The notes under the pieces: generated by a model
What the model was told of the DNA's origin: nothing
The model's database searches: none
Seen by the model: the letters and a program-made list of their open reading frames with translations, nothing else
Source: Paraspadella gotoi
Taxonomy: Eukaryota; Animalia; Chaetognatha
NCBI GenBank assembly: GCA_051294375.1
Contig: CM119270.1
Location: 10,261,741 to 10,325,740 of the forward strand
Length of the DNA stretch: 64,000 bases
Direction: 5' to 3'
Shown here: positions 14,395-26,603 of the stretch, piece by piece
Layout: every line of letters begins with the position of its first letter
How positions within the stretch are numbered: the stretch's first letter is position 1
Position numbers and translations under genes: made by a program

Positions 14395-15320
14395 CAGATC
14401 TGCTCAAAAAAAAGTTTAAACTTTGAACTCCCTACTATCTCGCTTGTCTGTCGTCCTATTAATTAAAAATAAATTTTTATTAAAAATAAAATATCTTTCA
14501 TCCGAGCCCATGACGAGGTTTTTAGGCTAAATATTATAGAAGCTGTGCTAAAATAAAAAAAAGGATCAAAAATTTGTCTTATAATTCCCTTTTTTTTTTG
14601 TAGAAAAATTTTTTTTATCCATCTTTGTTTTTTGTTTTTTTGTGTTTTTTTACCATGGAAACTTCAAAACAGCTGATCCTCAAAAGGAAAGCTGCAATAG
14701 TTGAGATTTGGAAGGGGGGTTTGTCAAGATATAGGATCGCCAGACAGTTTTATTTCCTTCTAACAACCATCTGCAGAGTTGTCAACTAATTTGAAGCAAC
14801 TGGACACCTTGGACGAGCTGTTGGAAGCAGGCGGCCTTGCATATCCACGGAGAGTGAGAACGATGACGTGGATAGTCTCGCAATTCAAGATTGTAAGGTT
14901 TCTGTAAGCCAGTTAGAAAAAAATGGAGAGAAGAGGAAGTGTTGCCAGTCTTTCAACAGTGAATGGGCGGCTTTTCATGGAGGATAGAGCTCTTGGATAC
15001 AAAGCTAAAACCACTCAAAAATGTCATGAGGAAAATGGGATCGAGGTGCTCAAAGTTGGCCCGGAAACTCACCTGACTGCAATTTCATCAAAAATGTTTG
15101 GTCAAGGATGAAAAGGGATATTTTACAGTATAACGCCATGACAGTCAACAAATTCTAAAAAAATTTAAAATGAATTTGGGGAGCTGAACCCTTCATATTT
15201 GTGCAGCCCCTACAACTCTCTCCTTCATTGCAGGGAGGTGGTGCTGGAAGCAAATAGTGGTCTGACAACGTATTAACTAACTTTATCATAACTATTAAAC
15301 TTTTTTTTGATGGTTCGCTG
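14395..15320 (+). mobile_element. Internally deleted Tc1-like (IS630-Tc1-mariner) DNA transposon, ~0.93 kb
   Basis: Degenerate ~26-bp TIRs: left TA|cagatctgctcaaaaaaaagtttaa, right ttaaacttttttttgatggttcgctg (16-nt core matches exactly, both ends CAG/CTG). They enclose a transposase remnant. TA target site is seen on the left side only. Confidence 0.75.
14655..15276 (+). pseudogene. Tc1-family transposase pseudogene: N-terminal HTH plus C-terminal half of the DDE domain, middle deleted
   Basis: Manual translation across stops and frameshifts gives METSKQL..RKAAIVEIWKGGLSRYRIARQF..TTICRVVN*FEATGHLGRAVGSRRPCIST (paired-like HTH, GRP-like motif). It continues MERRGSVASLSTVNGRL / FMEDRALGYKAKTTQKCHEENGIEVLK-WPGNSPDCNFIKNVWSRMKRDI ... 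EVVLEANSGLTTY*. This fits the Tc1 consensus FQQDNAPCH...WPxxSPDLNPIENxW...VIxAxGGxTKY with ~34-residue D-E spacing; the catalytic E is mutated to K and the first D region is missing. Confidence 0.9.
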
Positions 15321-16404
15321 TCGTCCTTGTCGTCCTTGTCGTCGTCGTCGTCGTCGTCGTGGGTTGTCGTCTTCCTCGTCCTTGAGGCCAAAAGCGACAA
15401 AGAAAAGCAAAACACGAGAAAGTCTGATTTTGAGGGCGTCTAAGAAAACATCAACACGGATATTTCATCTGGAGAGAGGNNNNNNNNNNNNNNNNNNNNN
15501 NNNNNNNNNNNNNNNNNNNNNNNNNNNNNNNNNNNNNNNNNNNNNNNNNNNNNNNNNNNNNNNNNNNNNNNNNNNNNNNNNNNNNNNNNNNNNNNNNNNN
15601 NNNNNNNNNNNNNNNNNNNNNNNNNNNNNNNNNNNNNNNNNNNNNNNNNNNNNNNNNNNNNNNNNNNNNNNNNNNNNNNNNNNNNNNNNNNNNNNNNNNN
15701 NNNNNNNNNNNNNNNNNNNNNNNNNNNNNNNNNNNNNNNNNNNNNNNNNNNNNNNNNNNNNNNNNNNNNNNNNNNNNNNNNNNNNNNNNNNNNNNNNNNN
15801 NNNNNNNNNNNNNNNNNNNNNNNNNNNNNNNNNNNNNNNNNNNNNNNNNNNNNNNNNNNNNNNNNNNNNNNNNNNNNNNNNNNNNNNNNNNNNNNNNNNN
15901 NNNNNNNNTTTTTTCCTATTTTTGTCTCGGTTTTCCATCGCCGCCGCTAAACTTCGGTGGCTCCATCGTCGGCGTCATTAAACTTCATCGCCACTTCCGG
16001 TGGATGATGCCGCCGCCGCCGACACCGCCGTCTTCTCTCCCGCCCCCCCTAAAGCCGTAAACCAGTCAACAGCGGCGCGAAGAGCTGACAATCTTCGGGC
16101 TGACGATGGCAGCGTCTCAGACTTGACGAGAAGAGGGGAGAGGGTCGGGATTCGGGGTTTGGACGAGGGACTCTGGGCGAGGGGGGGTCTCCGGGGTCGC
16201 TCGATTGACGTGGCGCACTTAGGATAAAATTCTTTGAGGTGGACGAGAGTAATTAAGAGTTAGAAAGAATGAAAACGAGGAAAAGAAAAAAAGAAAAAGA
16301 AAAAGAGGAATTTTATTACAAAGCGGAATGAACAATGGAGTTCATTTCTTTGTCATAAATAGACAGAACTAAGTTTAGGGGAGACTTTTTAGCTTGGTTA
16401 TGAC

Positions 16405-16442
<38 letters not shown>

Positions 16443-17251
16443 TACTCCTGCTCTCTCATGCTCTCTGAAATCGCGTTATCGGTCGTTGCCCATAATCGGC
16501 GTTCGGGCGGAAGAAACCGTCTCGCAAGACGGTCGTCTTTATCGTCCGTCCGTCGTCACGTCGTTGTCCTCGTCGTCGATATTCTCGACATCTTCATCGA
16601 CCATAATGCTTTTTTTAAATTTTTTTATCGAAATCGTTATTTGACTCGAATGTTGTCTTGCTATTAGTTCAGCTTTGTATTAAATGAAATTTTCAACATG
16701 TTTTTCATTCCTCTTTTTTTTTCGACCGCGTCCTTTCTTCGATCTTCAAAGATGGTAAGTTTTAAAAATAATCTTCTTTGGGTGAGTTAGTTCTTTGTTA
16801 TGGAATCCAAAAAAAAAAAAACAAAAAAAACATTCGATCAGGTATTATTTTTTTGCTCTGATCCCAAAAACCTTCCCTACATTTTTCTTGAAATCGAAAA
16901 ATTCCCTTCCCGACCCCTTACTCTCTCCCTCCTTCCCGACCCCTTACTCTCTCCCTCCTTCCAAAAGCCAAATCCCCGACCCTCGATTATGAACATCATT
17001 GAATCTCTCTCGACGAGTTCCAACGAGAAACAATCTTCTTTCGCGGATTTTTGGGGATCAATCGATTGCGAGGATAGAGAGCGAGACGCGGAGCTAGAAA
17101 GAGAGAGAGAGGGAGAAAGAGAGTGTCGTGATCCTTTTTGATTGGAAGGCTGAGAGTTTTTCGAATCTCTGAGCTTCTTTCTCCAAATCCTCCTTCATGA
17201 TGTTGCATCCCCATTCGGTTTGGAGCCTCGAGGGGGCCCCGTCTCACTCAC

Positions 17252-20200
17252 TGATACATAGAGCTGTTGATAATTATGAAAATCTGTTGACTTTGTAAAT
17301 ACCAAGATTTTTCAACAACGCTATTGCTTGGAAAGCACGATTGCTCTTAATTTGAGTCTGTTGGGAAAGAGTGGAGCTGTTAAAGAGTTTTGGTGGAAGA
17401 GTGGCATAGGTGTCATCAATGCGAATAACCAAAAGTTCACTCGGTAGAAAGAAGGCACGAATCCTTGGGAATCAATTCCTCTTTGCACCAGAGCAAGCTT
17501 CTTGATATGGTTACAGGACGAGGCACCTTATTGAACACTTGAGACCTGTAGGGCATGATAGTCTTCTGTCGTGACGACGACGTTAAATTTAGCTATTCAA
17601 TACTTCTGTATAAAGGGGTTTGGGTTTGTTCAAGGCGTCTTCAAATGTGATAGTTAATTGACAGTTTTTATGTGAGAATGATTCAGGCACAGTCATGAGA
17701 TCAGATTCTGGCATCTTGAATGGAACACGAGAGGAGAGCATGACAGTATAAACACTGTAATCACTATCGATCAGTTAAGTTAATCAATTGCACATTGAGT
17801 TGTGACTTTCATTGAACATTATGTTGATACCCTTTTCAAGGGAGTGTCTCTTTATTCTCTTAAGTGAATGTAGAGTGACTTTCACATTCCAGGATGGTTT
17901 TCCTTGACGAACGTACCTGTTATTCAACCCGTTCTTTAACCATTTGAGCATTTGGCGTGAAATTCCTTTACTTGAGATAGCGCGATTTTATTTCGTCGTC
18001 ATTGTAATTCAGGATCAACGCCCTCTTCGGATTTTAACCCGAGAAAGTGCTGATTGAATATGCGCCAGTGAGGTTAGTGTTGCTCACAGGAGATAAAAAT
18101 GTTACTGAAAGTGTCTCAACTGGGGACAACCTTGGAGTTGGAGTGAACTGAGGGGTTATTAGTTGGAAGGCATGGGTGTCCATTGAATTCGCACGTGGAT
18201 TTCTGGTTTTAGCAAAGGAATCTCGTAGCTCTCCTATCAAGGTTTCTGCGCTGTTATGATTAGGGCCACTGAATTGCACACTGTACTTTATTGTCCGCTC
18301 CTAATATCTTACTTAACCCTTCTTCAATCTCTTCAGAGCCTTGGAAAGGCGTCCGGAAGTCCTCACGGCTGAGATGATTAGTTTTTTGGCACGTGATTAT
18401 TTTTCTAATTTCAGCTTGGAGAATTATAGAGAGAGGTTAAAACAGTCTTCGTGACATATATTTGGCCCTTGAGTTACCATTTGCGGGTTTGAGATTCGTT
18501 GGAGGCGCAGTTGTGAATCGTTGGCAATTTGACGAATTAATTAACACGAACATTTTACGAGCCTTGTCCTGGGTGTTTGGTCTTGCATACTCAAGCTTGT
18601 CAATTACCAATATCGTAATTTGAATGTAATAGAGGCAGTATCCTTGTTTACAACCACGCTTCTTTACCGTAATTAACTCTTGTAAGCGCCAGGTTAATCA
18701 CATCTTATCAAGTTTTATCTCGGGCGTCGGAAGTATGATAAAGGCATTTCAGGGTTCTTTTTGACTTCTTCACTTATATTTCGTCACATTCAGTTGTTTT
18801 ATTGTTTGCCGAGTTAGTGTTGAGGTATGGAATTTTCCGGCGAGTTCTCCGGTGTCGAGGGCTTTGTGAATTCTATTGCGATCTATTGTATGAGGACGAA
18901 TTTGCGATCACTTGCCTTTCTCTGAAAACAGTTTAAAGTCGATTGATGTAGTTTCGCAGGGTGATGTGAATTCTAAGGGTAGGACTAGATTGTTTTAATA
19001 TACGCAGTGTAACGTTGGGGTAATTACATTTTGATATTAGGTGGAATAATTACTAGACTCTAACGTATGTATGACGGAGCAAGTTCGAAAGGTCGAAAGC
19101 AGCCATACCTCTTGAGGGACCCGTACGTAAGGACACCCCTATTTGTTCTAACGAAAACTTGGCACAGCCAAGAACTTATTTTTAACAAGGAATTTTTGGG
19201 GATGTAAATATGAGAGTTGTCTTGTTACCTTCTTATTTTCGAGGAAGGAAAGTTGAGAAAAATCCCTAATCAGAAGTTAGAAAAAGAGAAATCGTGGGAC
19301 CACTGCATGCGATCATTTAATGGAGTCGCGGAAGGGGTAATGGTTGCCAGTCCATCACGGCCTACCCGCACTCTATCTGTTTTTTCTTTCTTCTTTTGTT
19401 TTTGTCATCAGCTGAATATGGGTGCGGCTTCGGTTGGCATCTGTTTTTTCAACTATTAGAGTATATCAAGAAGAGTAGGGGATGAAGGCAGATCGAGATG
19501 GGTACAGTAAGTAGAGCGCAGAAGCTCCCATTATCCAACTGCATACATTACAGGAGTAGTTAGTGAGATTTAATTTTACCGTTTGGTAATCTGAAGGGAA
19601 AAGACTCATATATCCGGTTCACGATAGGGGCATGCGAGAGAGAGAGAGAAGAGGAGCAGAGAGCCGAGAGAGTAGCAGATGTAGACGCACGTCGACTAAA
19701 TAACTAATGCCATTTGCGTCTTTAATGAGGTAGATATTATGGGTAATGGTTAAGAAGAAAATCTTAAGTATGTGAAGTATCCCAAGCGAGTCAATAAACT
19801 TTACACACTATTCGCGAGCATTTCTTTCAACATGTTCGTCAGTATAGAACTCATGTATGAAACTGCTAGACTTTAAGTTATTTTACATCACTACATAAAA
19901 ATCGTCAATAAATAAGCACACTGAGAGTAATTTATGAAGTTATTCAAAAATGGTTAGAAATATGATTTGTTATTAGTATGCATGTATCATATCAAACGCC
20001 ATCCAGGGCTTACCAGCAAACGGGTCACACATGCCTCCACCGCAGAATAATATATATCTACAGAATAACCAGCAGGAAGTCGGTTTAAGGTGATATTTTT
20101 CAATAGCATGAAAATTTAACCCACGTACTTCCCCTTGGCGGAGTCAGAGTACGCTGAAAGACCTACATTCGTCAATTTTGTTCTCATCAGCGAACGACCT

Positions 20201-21990
20201 CCCGATACCGCCCCTGTTCGCAGTGGAGAATGTTCATGGGTGGAGAACTCAGGCCGACAATGCTTACCACCTCCCGGCGCTACTACCAAACAGGACCTCG
20301 TCTCCCTCAGTGCAGCAGGGGAGAGGTGGTAATAGAGCTTCGGAAGCAAGAGTTGGTCTTTCGACAAACAGGCTAATTAGGGACTTAGAATAAGCTGAGC
20401 ACTCAAAAAGATACCTTCTAGCTTGAGACTCATTTGCAGAGCATTCCTATTGACAGAAGATGGAAGGATTGGCATAATTTGCTCCTTGGGTTCGATGTCC
20501 AGGAATACGACGGCCGATAAGTTCCTCCATAAAAAGAACTCTCATTTTTTCTGGAGCTTAAGCAAACTCCACTGTACCTCTTGCTCGCTTATATCTTGCA
20601 GACTAAGGCTTTCCTCACAGTGTAGACTGGGAGGTTCAGGTACCTGTTCGCACCTCTGTCGTGGCCGCTATCGAGTCGACTTGTCTGTTCCGCTGTCGTC
20701 GTCTTGTGGTCGTCGTGGGGTAATGTCAAGTCACTGGTTCTGATTTGTTCGGGAGGTTTCCTCAGTCTGCTAGGATTAAGTAAAGGACATGCCCGAGAGG
20801 AATATTCCATTCGAACCGCAGAAAGGAAGAGAGGAAGGACCGATTTAGAAAGCACAAGGCCTGGAGGAGAAAATGAAAAAACGAAACAGACGAGAAAACG
20901 ACAAACGAAATATTCGATCGATACTCACTGTGCAAAAGCAAAAGGGCAACAAACCAGAGCGACTGCACACCATATTTATCAAGACGTACTCTAACACGCC
21001 TTGTTAAAAGGACAATCGAGAGCGTTTTCTATTGTCGTCCGTATTTGTCTTCGCTGTTTGTGTCGTTTATTCTAGCGACACGACATATAGCTTCTATATT
21101 TTATTTACTTGTGACGCCAGTATTAGACTAAAAAAAATACAAAGCCTTACTGATTTCAATCCGTTGCGAGATCCGCTTCGAGAAGCGTTTGTGAGAGCAT
21201 GGTGTGTCAATATCCGCGCACAAGTATCTTAATCAGTCCCTTGGAAGCTTGTCCAAAAAAGACACATTTTACAGTTAAAAGAAAAGAACCTCTCGAATCA
21301 TGACTGAACGACGGACGAACGAATGATACTGAATCGATAAGCTCCAACTCCACAAGTTAATTAATGCTTTTTATTTAATTTAATCAGCCGAAAAAAATGA
21401 ACGACAGGAGGTCGTTAAAGAAAGACGTTCAAAACGTTACTTAAAGGCCGCCTAAACGAGGTAGATAAGCGTCATTATAGTCCGTGTTTCCTCATTTTTT
21501 TTCGCTTTCATTCAGGTGATCAAAAACTAAGAAAAACTAGAAAGAAAAAAACTCTCACTCGTTTGGTAGTTTTGGGCCTTGTCACTACTCCACCGGCAAT
21601 TTTTATATCGAATATTCCTATCTCTATTCAACAGTCGTGTCAGTCATCAGTCACCCCAGTCTCGCCCCGTTTCATTCCATTAACCCGAACGACTTAATCA
21701 CTGAATCAAGAATTTTCGTGTTTTATGCTTTCAATCCATTATTTTCAGTATCTTGCCCTTCTTTTTTCTTATTCCCCGTTTAATAGCACCGCTTTTGCCG
21801 AAATGATACATACGAATTCGCTTTAAACATGTTATTTTATTCATAACATCAATTTTATCCTTATTTCCCCCTGTAGCGTCCATAAATGTCCCACCCTCTT
21901 TTCGGACGGGAAAGAGTACGGTTGTTTTTTTCTTTGATTGTCGAGAGGCAATATCCGCGAGATCAGGCCCTCGAGACGAAATCTGCAAGG
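17252..21990 (-). other. Compositionally foreign, gene-dense-looking segment with frameshift-riddled coding tracts (about 19000->17260, 20810->20116, 21990->21731); identity unknown
   Basis: High-complexity sequence almost free of the microsatellites that dominate the rest. Minus-strand peptide fragments such as GPNHNSAETLIGELRDSFAKTRNPRANSMDT and EESLSLQDISEQEVQWSLLKLQKK, with ~1-kb spacers between tracts. No RT, integrase, transposase motifs or terminal repeats recognised. Confidence 0.6.
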
Positions 21991-22229
21991 CGGTACGGTT
22001 GGGGAGGAGGAGGAGGCTATAGATGAGAGAGAGTAGAGACGAAGGAGTTTGCGTTGTTAATTCCAATATGATCTTCCTATACATTATTCATCAGTTTTAC
22101 TCTCCTATTTTTCATATGTTTTCTCTCTCTCCTATCTTTCCTTTCGTTGTCGCCTGGAGAGCAGTATCGAGTGACGAGCAGATCGATCTACGAGAAGAGA
22201 GATGCACGAGAGATAGAGTGCTGGTGTTG

Positions 22230-22270
<41 letters not shown>

Positions 22271-23292
22271 CTATCTCTTCTGCCTTCTCTAGCTCTTCTC
22301 TCATCATCTTCTATCATCTCTTCTCTCCCCTTAGCAAACGTTCTCGGTCAGCAACTACATGAGTGCTGATATGTGCGTCGCCATTACGTGTTCGAAACAC
22401 AATCGGCCCTATACAGTTTGTGTCTTTCCGCTTCTCTTGCCATGATTAGCATGATCATGATGTCATAATTTAGTATCTCCGTCTTCGAACTTCGTCTACT
22501 CATTCATTCTCTCCTCTCTCTCTCTCCTCTCTCTCTCTCTCTTCTCTCTCCAGTCTCTCTCTCTTCTCTCTCTCTTTTTTCTCGTTCCTACTTTGTCTTC
22601 GCCTTGCTTCAACCACCATATTCAATATTTATGATGTGAAAGCGAGTGAAATCTATCAGTTCTTAATAAATAAACCTCTAATTGTCTCGTTTCATTTGTG
22701 AGACCTTTCGTTTTCCCGCCTAATTTTTATCTTGATATTTTTGTCTCGGATTTTCCATCGCCGCCGCTTAAAACTTCGGTGGCTCATCGTCGGCGTCAAT
22801 TAAACCTTTCATCGCCACTTCCGGTGGATGATGCCGCCGCCGTCCGACATCCGGCCGTCTTGTCTCTCCGCCCCCTAAAGCCGTAAACCAGTCAATACAG
22901 ACGCTGCGCAAGAGCTGACAATCTTCGGTGCTGACGAGGCAGCCGTCTCAGACTTGACGAGAAGGGGAGTGAGGGTCGGGTATTCGGGTTTTGGACGAGG
23001 GACTCTGGGCGAGCGGGGGGTCTGCCGGGGTTCAGCTCCGATTGCACGTGGGCGCACTTTAGGATAAATTCTGTTGTGAGGTACTGCACGGAGTAGTAAT
23101 TAAGGAGTTAGAAAAGCAATGGAAAACGAGGAAAAGAAAAAAAGATAAAGAGAAAAAGCAGAATTTATTACAAAGCGGAATGACACATGGCCAGTTTCAT
23201 TCTTTGTCATAATAGACCAGAACTAAGTTTTAGGGATGACTTTTTAAGCTTGGTTATGACGTCTCCTCTCTCGATACCGTCTCTCTCTTCTC

Positions 23293-23330
<38 letters not shown>

Positions 23331-24532
23331 CTTCTCTCTCTCTCTTCCTGCTCTCTCATGCTCTCTGAATCGCGTTCATGGTCGTCCATAATCGGTCGTT
23401 CGGGCGAAGAACCGTCTCGCAGACGTCCGGTCTTTATCGCCGTCCGTCGTCGCCGTCGTCGATATTCTCGGGACAATACTTCATCGACATAATGCTTTTT
23501 TTTAAATTTTTTTTATCGAAATCGTTATTTGACTCGAATGTTGTCTTGCCTATTAGTTCACTTTTGTATTAAATCGAAATTTTCAACATGTTTTTTCATT
23601 CTCTCTTTTCTTTTCGACCGCGTCCCTTCTTCGATCTTCAAAGAGTGGTAAGTTTAAAAATAATCTTCTTTGGGTTGATGTTAGTTCTTTGTTATTGGAA
23701 TCCAAAAAAAAAAAACAAAAAAAAAAAACCATTCGATCAAGGTATTATTTTTTGTTGCTCTGATCGCTCAAAAACCTTCCCTACAGTTTTCTTGAAATCT
23801 GAAAATTCCCTTCCCAGTATGCCCTTACTTCTCTCCCTCCTTCCCGCCCCTTACTCTCTCCCTCTCTTTCCGCAGACCCGCTTACTCTCTCCCTTCCTTT
23901 CCAAAAGCAAATCCCCGACCTCGGATTAATGAACATCATTGAATCATCTCTCGACGAGTTCCAACGAGAAACAATCTTCTTTCGCGGATTGTTTGGGGAT
24001 CAATCGATTGCGAGGATAGAGAGCGAGACGCGGAGTTGAAAGAACGAGAGAGGGGAGCAGAAAGAGAGTGTCGTGATGCCTTCTTTGATTGGAAGGCTGA
24101 GATGTTTTTCGAATCTCTGAGCTTCATTTCTCCAAATCCTCCTTTCAATGATGTTGCCATCCATCCAGTTCGGTTTTGGAGCCTCGAGGGGGCCCGTTCA
24201 CTCCGCGACTTCTCTCTGCTGTCCATCTTCTCTCTCGGTTGTGATCTCTCTCGTCTCGTCTCTCTCTCTCTCTCTCTCTCTCTGCTCTCTCTCTCTTCTC
24301 TTCTCTTGTTACACCNNNNNNNNNNNNNNNNNNNNNNNNNCTCCGTGATTTTTCTCGGTTTTTCCACGAGACTCGATGGAACCACAGGTTTCGATTTTCG
24401 GGGAGAAATTTTTTATCCGATTATAAAGTTGTGAGGAGGAAGAGGAGGAAGAGGAGGAGGACGAATAAGAAGTCATAAATCTGGTTATCGCACGACTCAT
24501 GATACAAATATGGTGTGTGGGATCAAACTTTC

Positions 24533-25050
24533 TTTTTTAGTCGGATCTGCTTTCAGCAGATCCCGACTCTATAATTCACTTTGTCGGTCCTTCGGTCCGC
24601 CCCCTCAATCTTGTCGTGCATTCACTTATATCATGTCAGAACATCGAATTATGATAAATTATGCAAAAAAAAAAAAATGATGTCCGTCCGTCCATCTGTC
24701 TGTCTGTCTGTCTGTATGTCCGTCCATCTGTCCGTCCGTCCGTTCGTCTGTCCCACCTTAGCAAAAAACACCAATTACTCGTGATTGGATGGATTGATTG
24801 GAATGAAATTTTGTGTGTGGGTAGAGAAGTGTGTGATTGAGCTGGATATGAAGTCTCGATGGAATCGTCCAAGTGGAAATGAGTTTAAATGGAAAAAACA
24901 AAAAAATATATTTCTCTATTTGAACACCAATTACTCATGAGTGGATGGGGCGCTTGACTTGAAATTTTGTATTTGGGTAGAAAAGTGTGTGATTAAACTG
25001 GAAATCATCTTTCGATGGAATCGTTTGAGTGGAAATGAGTTTGAATGGAA
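24533..25050 (+). mobile_element. Non-autonomous Helentron-associated element (HINE; DINE-1/Pearl-like architecture)
   Basis: A T-run is followed by hairpin AGTCGGATCTGC-tttca-GCAGATCCCGACT (24539-24568), then a (GTCC)n/(GTCT)n tetranucleotide tract (24681-24752). Next come ~2 diverged tandem core units, with caccaattactc at 24769 and 24925 (period 156 bp). Distal end not defined. Confidence 0.7.
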
Positions 25051-25079
25051 AAACGAAAAACCTGTTTCACTATTTGTTT

Positions 25080-25422
25080 AATGATTATACTTTTATTTAT
25101 TTTTATATTAAATGTAAATGCAAGATGTATTAATTAATTAAATAATTAATTAGTTAATAAATTAGTCAATTAATTAATCAATAATTAATTAAACAGTCAA
25201 TTAATCAATAAATTACTTATTCAATAAATCAATCAAGTTATTTATCTATTAATTAATTATTCAACCAATCAATCAAGTCAATCGTTATCGGCATTATTCT
25301 CATCGTCGTCATTGCTTTTGTCAAGGTTAGTGACGAAAAGACCTAAAAAACAAACATTAATTAATTAATTGCCTAATTAATTAATTAACTTGAATTAATT
25401 ATTAATTAATTATATAATATAA
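25080..25422. repeat. AT-rich (TAAT/TTAA)n low-complexity tract (inverted copy at ~6860-7230)
   Basis: Repeated ttaattaatta runs adjacent to the HINE-like element. Confidence 0.8.
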
Positions 25423-25549
25423 TGATCGTGGGCAGACCCGACATTGTTTGCTCAAACTTGTTTTATGATTTTCTTGTAATTTGGGTTAACGCAAAGTTGG
25501 CATTCGTTGATTATTACAAAAAGAAGTTAAGCGTTACCGTCCAAGAAGT

Positions 25550-25617
<68 letters not shown>

Positions 25618-26391
25618 TCCTCTCGCTCTCCGTCTATTCTCCAGTTCCCCATAGAAATTGCTGCCAATTCTTCTTCGTCATCGCCAACAGTTTCTCACAA
25701 GTTTTCAATTCTGTGGAGGGACTTTCTCTCCTGCTTCCAATTTTTTCCTTCTCTCTCTCTCTGTATGTCTTTCAGTGTTTATCTCTCTCCCACTCTCTCC
25801 CAATTTAATTTAATAATGAAAATTTTTCTTAAAGCTCAATTGTTACTTGCTTTCAAATCTGTTCGATGCTCGATACTAGATATCAGATATTGTTTCCCTG
25901 TTTTATTTTATACAATTTTAACATTTCATCCTCTAGAATTGAATATTCAATCTCTCCCCACAACTTCTTTTTTCTTTCCATCTTGGATTCTTCTTACTCT
26001 TTTTTTCCTCTTTCCATTTTTAAATGAGTCTGATTCTTTAGTTTTTCTCGATATATCGGAAGCGCGTCTCAATCTTATTTTTTTCCCAACGTTTTATTAT
26101 TTCTTTTTTTCTTTTTTTTCCGACTTATCTCCCTTCGTCTCATCTTTTTCTGTTTTTCGAATTTGCGTTTTGAATTTCGAAGATGGCGCTGCGGTTGTTT
26201 TCTTCTTTCCATCCACGTCCCCACCTCTCCGCTTTTCCTTACCCGACTCACCCTCTCATCCAAGTCGAACATAATTTCGTCAAAATCTAAAACCGTGAAA
26301 ATCGCACGGAGTCTCAATTTCTGAAAAATTCGATTTCTTTTCCTCTCTCCCTCTCTCGTTCTCTCTCTCTTTCCCTCTCTCTCTCCCTCTC

Positions 26392-26432
<41 letters not shown>

Positions 26433-26562
26433 CTGCCCCCACCCAAAATCCTACCCACGAAACTTTTCTCGTCTCCAACGAAAGTTTATTTCGCGGCCCC
26501 AAAAATTGAGACGATTTTCACTTTTCACAGATTATGGGCGGGGGAAATGAGAAGAGAGAGAG

Positions 26563-26603
<41 letters not shown>

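Larger units (their letters stand above)
13865..17251 (-). repeat. Arm B: inverted copy of ~8140-11740
   Basis: Shares the 29-bp minisatellite, Tc1 remnant and following unique sequence with arm A in opposite orientation. The match stops abruptly at ggggccccgtctcactcac (17251). Confidence 0.92.
22040..26428 (-). repeat. Arm C: inverted copy of ~5500-10160; 22740-24200 is also a direct repeat of 15909-17251
   Basis: For example ccacttccggtggatgatgccgccgccg occurs at 15991 and 22815. 22040-24315 is insertion-rich; sequence after the 25-N gap (24316-24340) is cleaner and continues the same template almost without loss. Confidence 0.9.

Noticed and set aside
5490-17251. Foldback transposon, or missed-adapter hairpin read, as the cause of the inverted repeat
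   Set aside because: The arms are ordinary mixed intronic sequence ending in microsatellites with no TSD, and the spacer is 2.1 kb of unique DNA rather than a ~45-nt adapter. A mis-anchored gap fill fits better.
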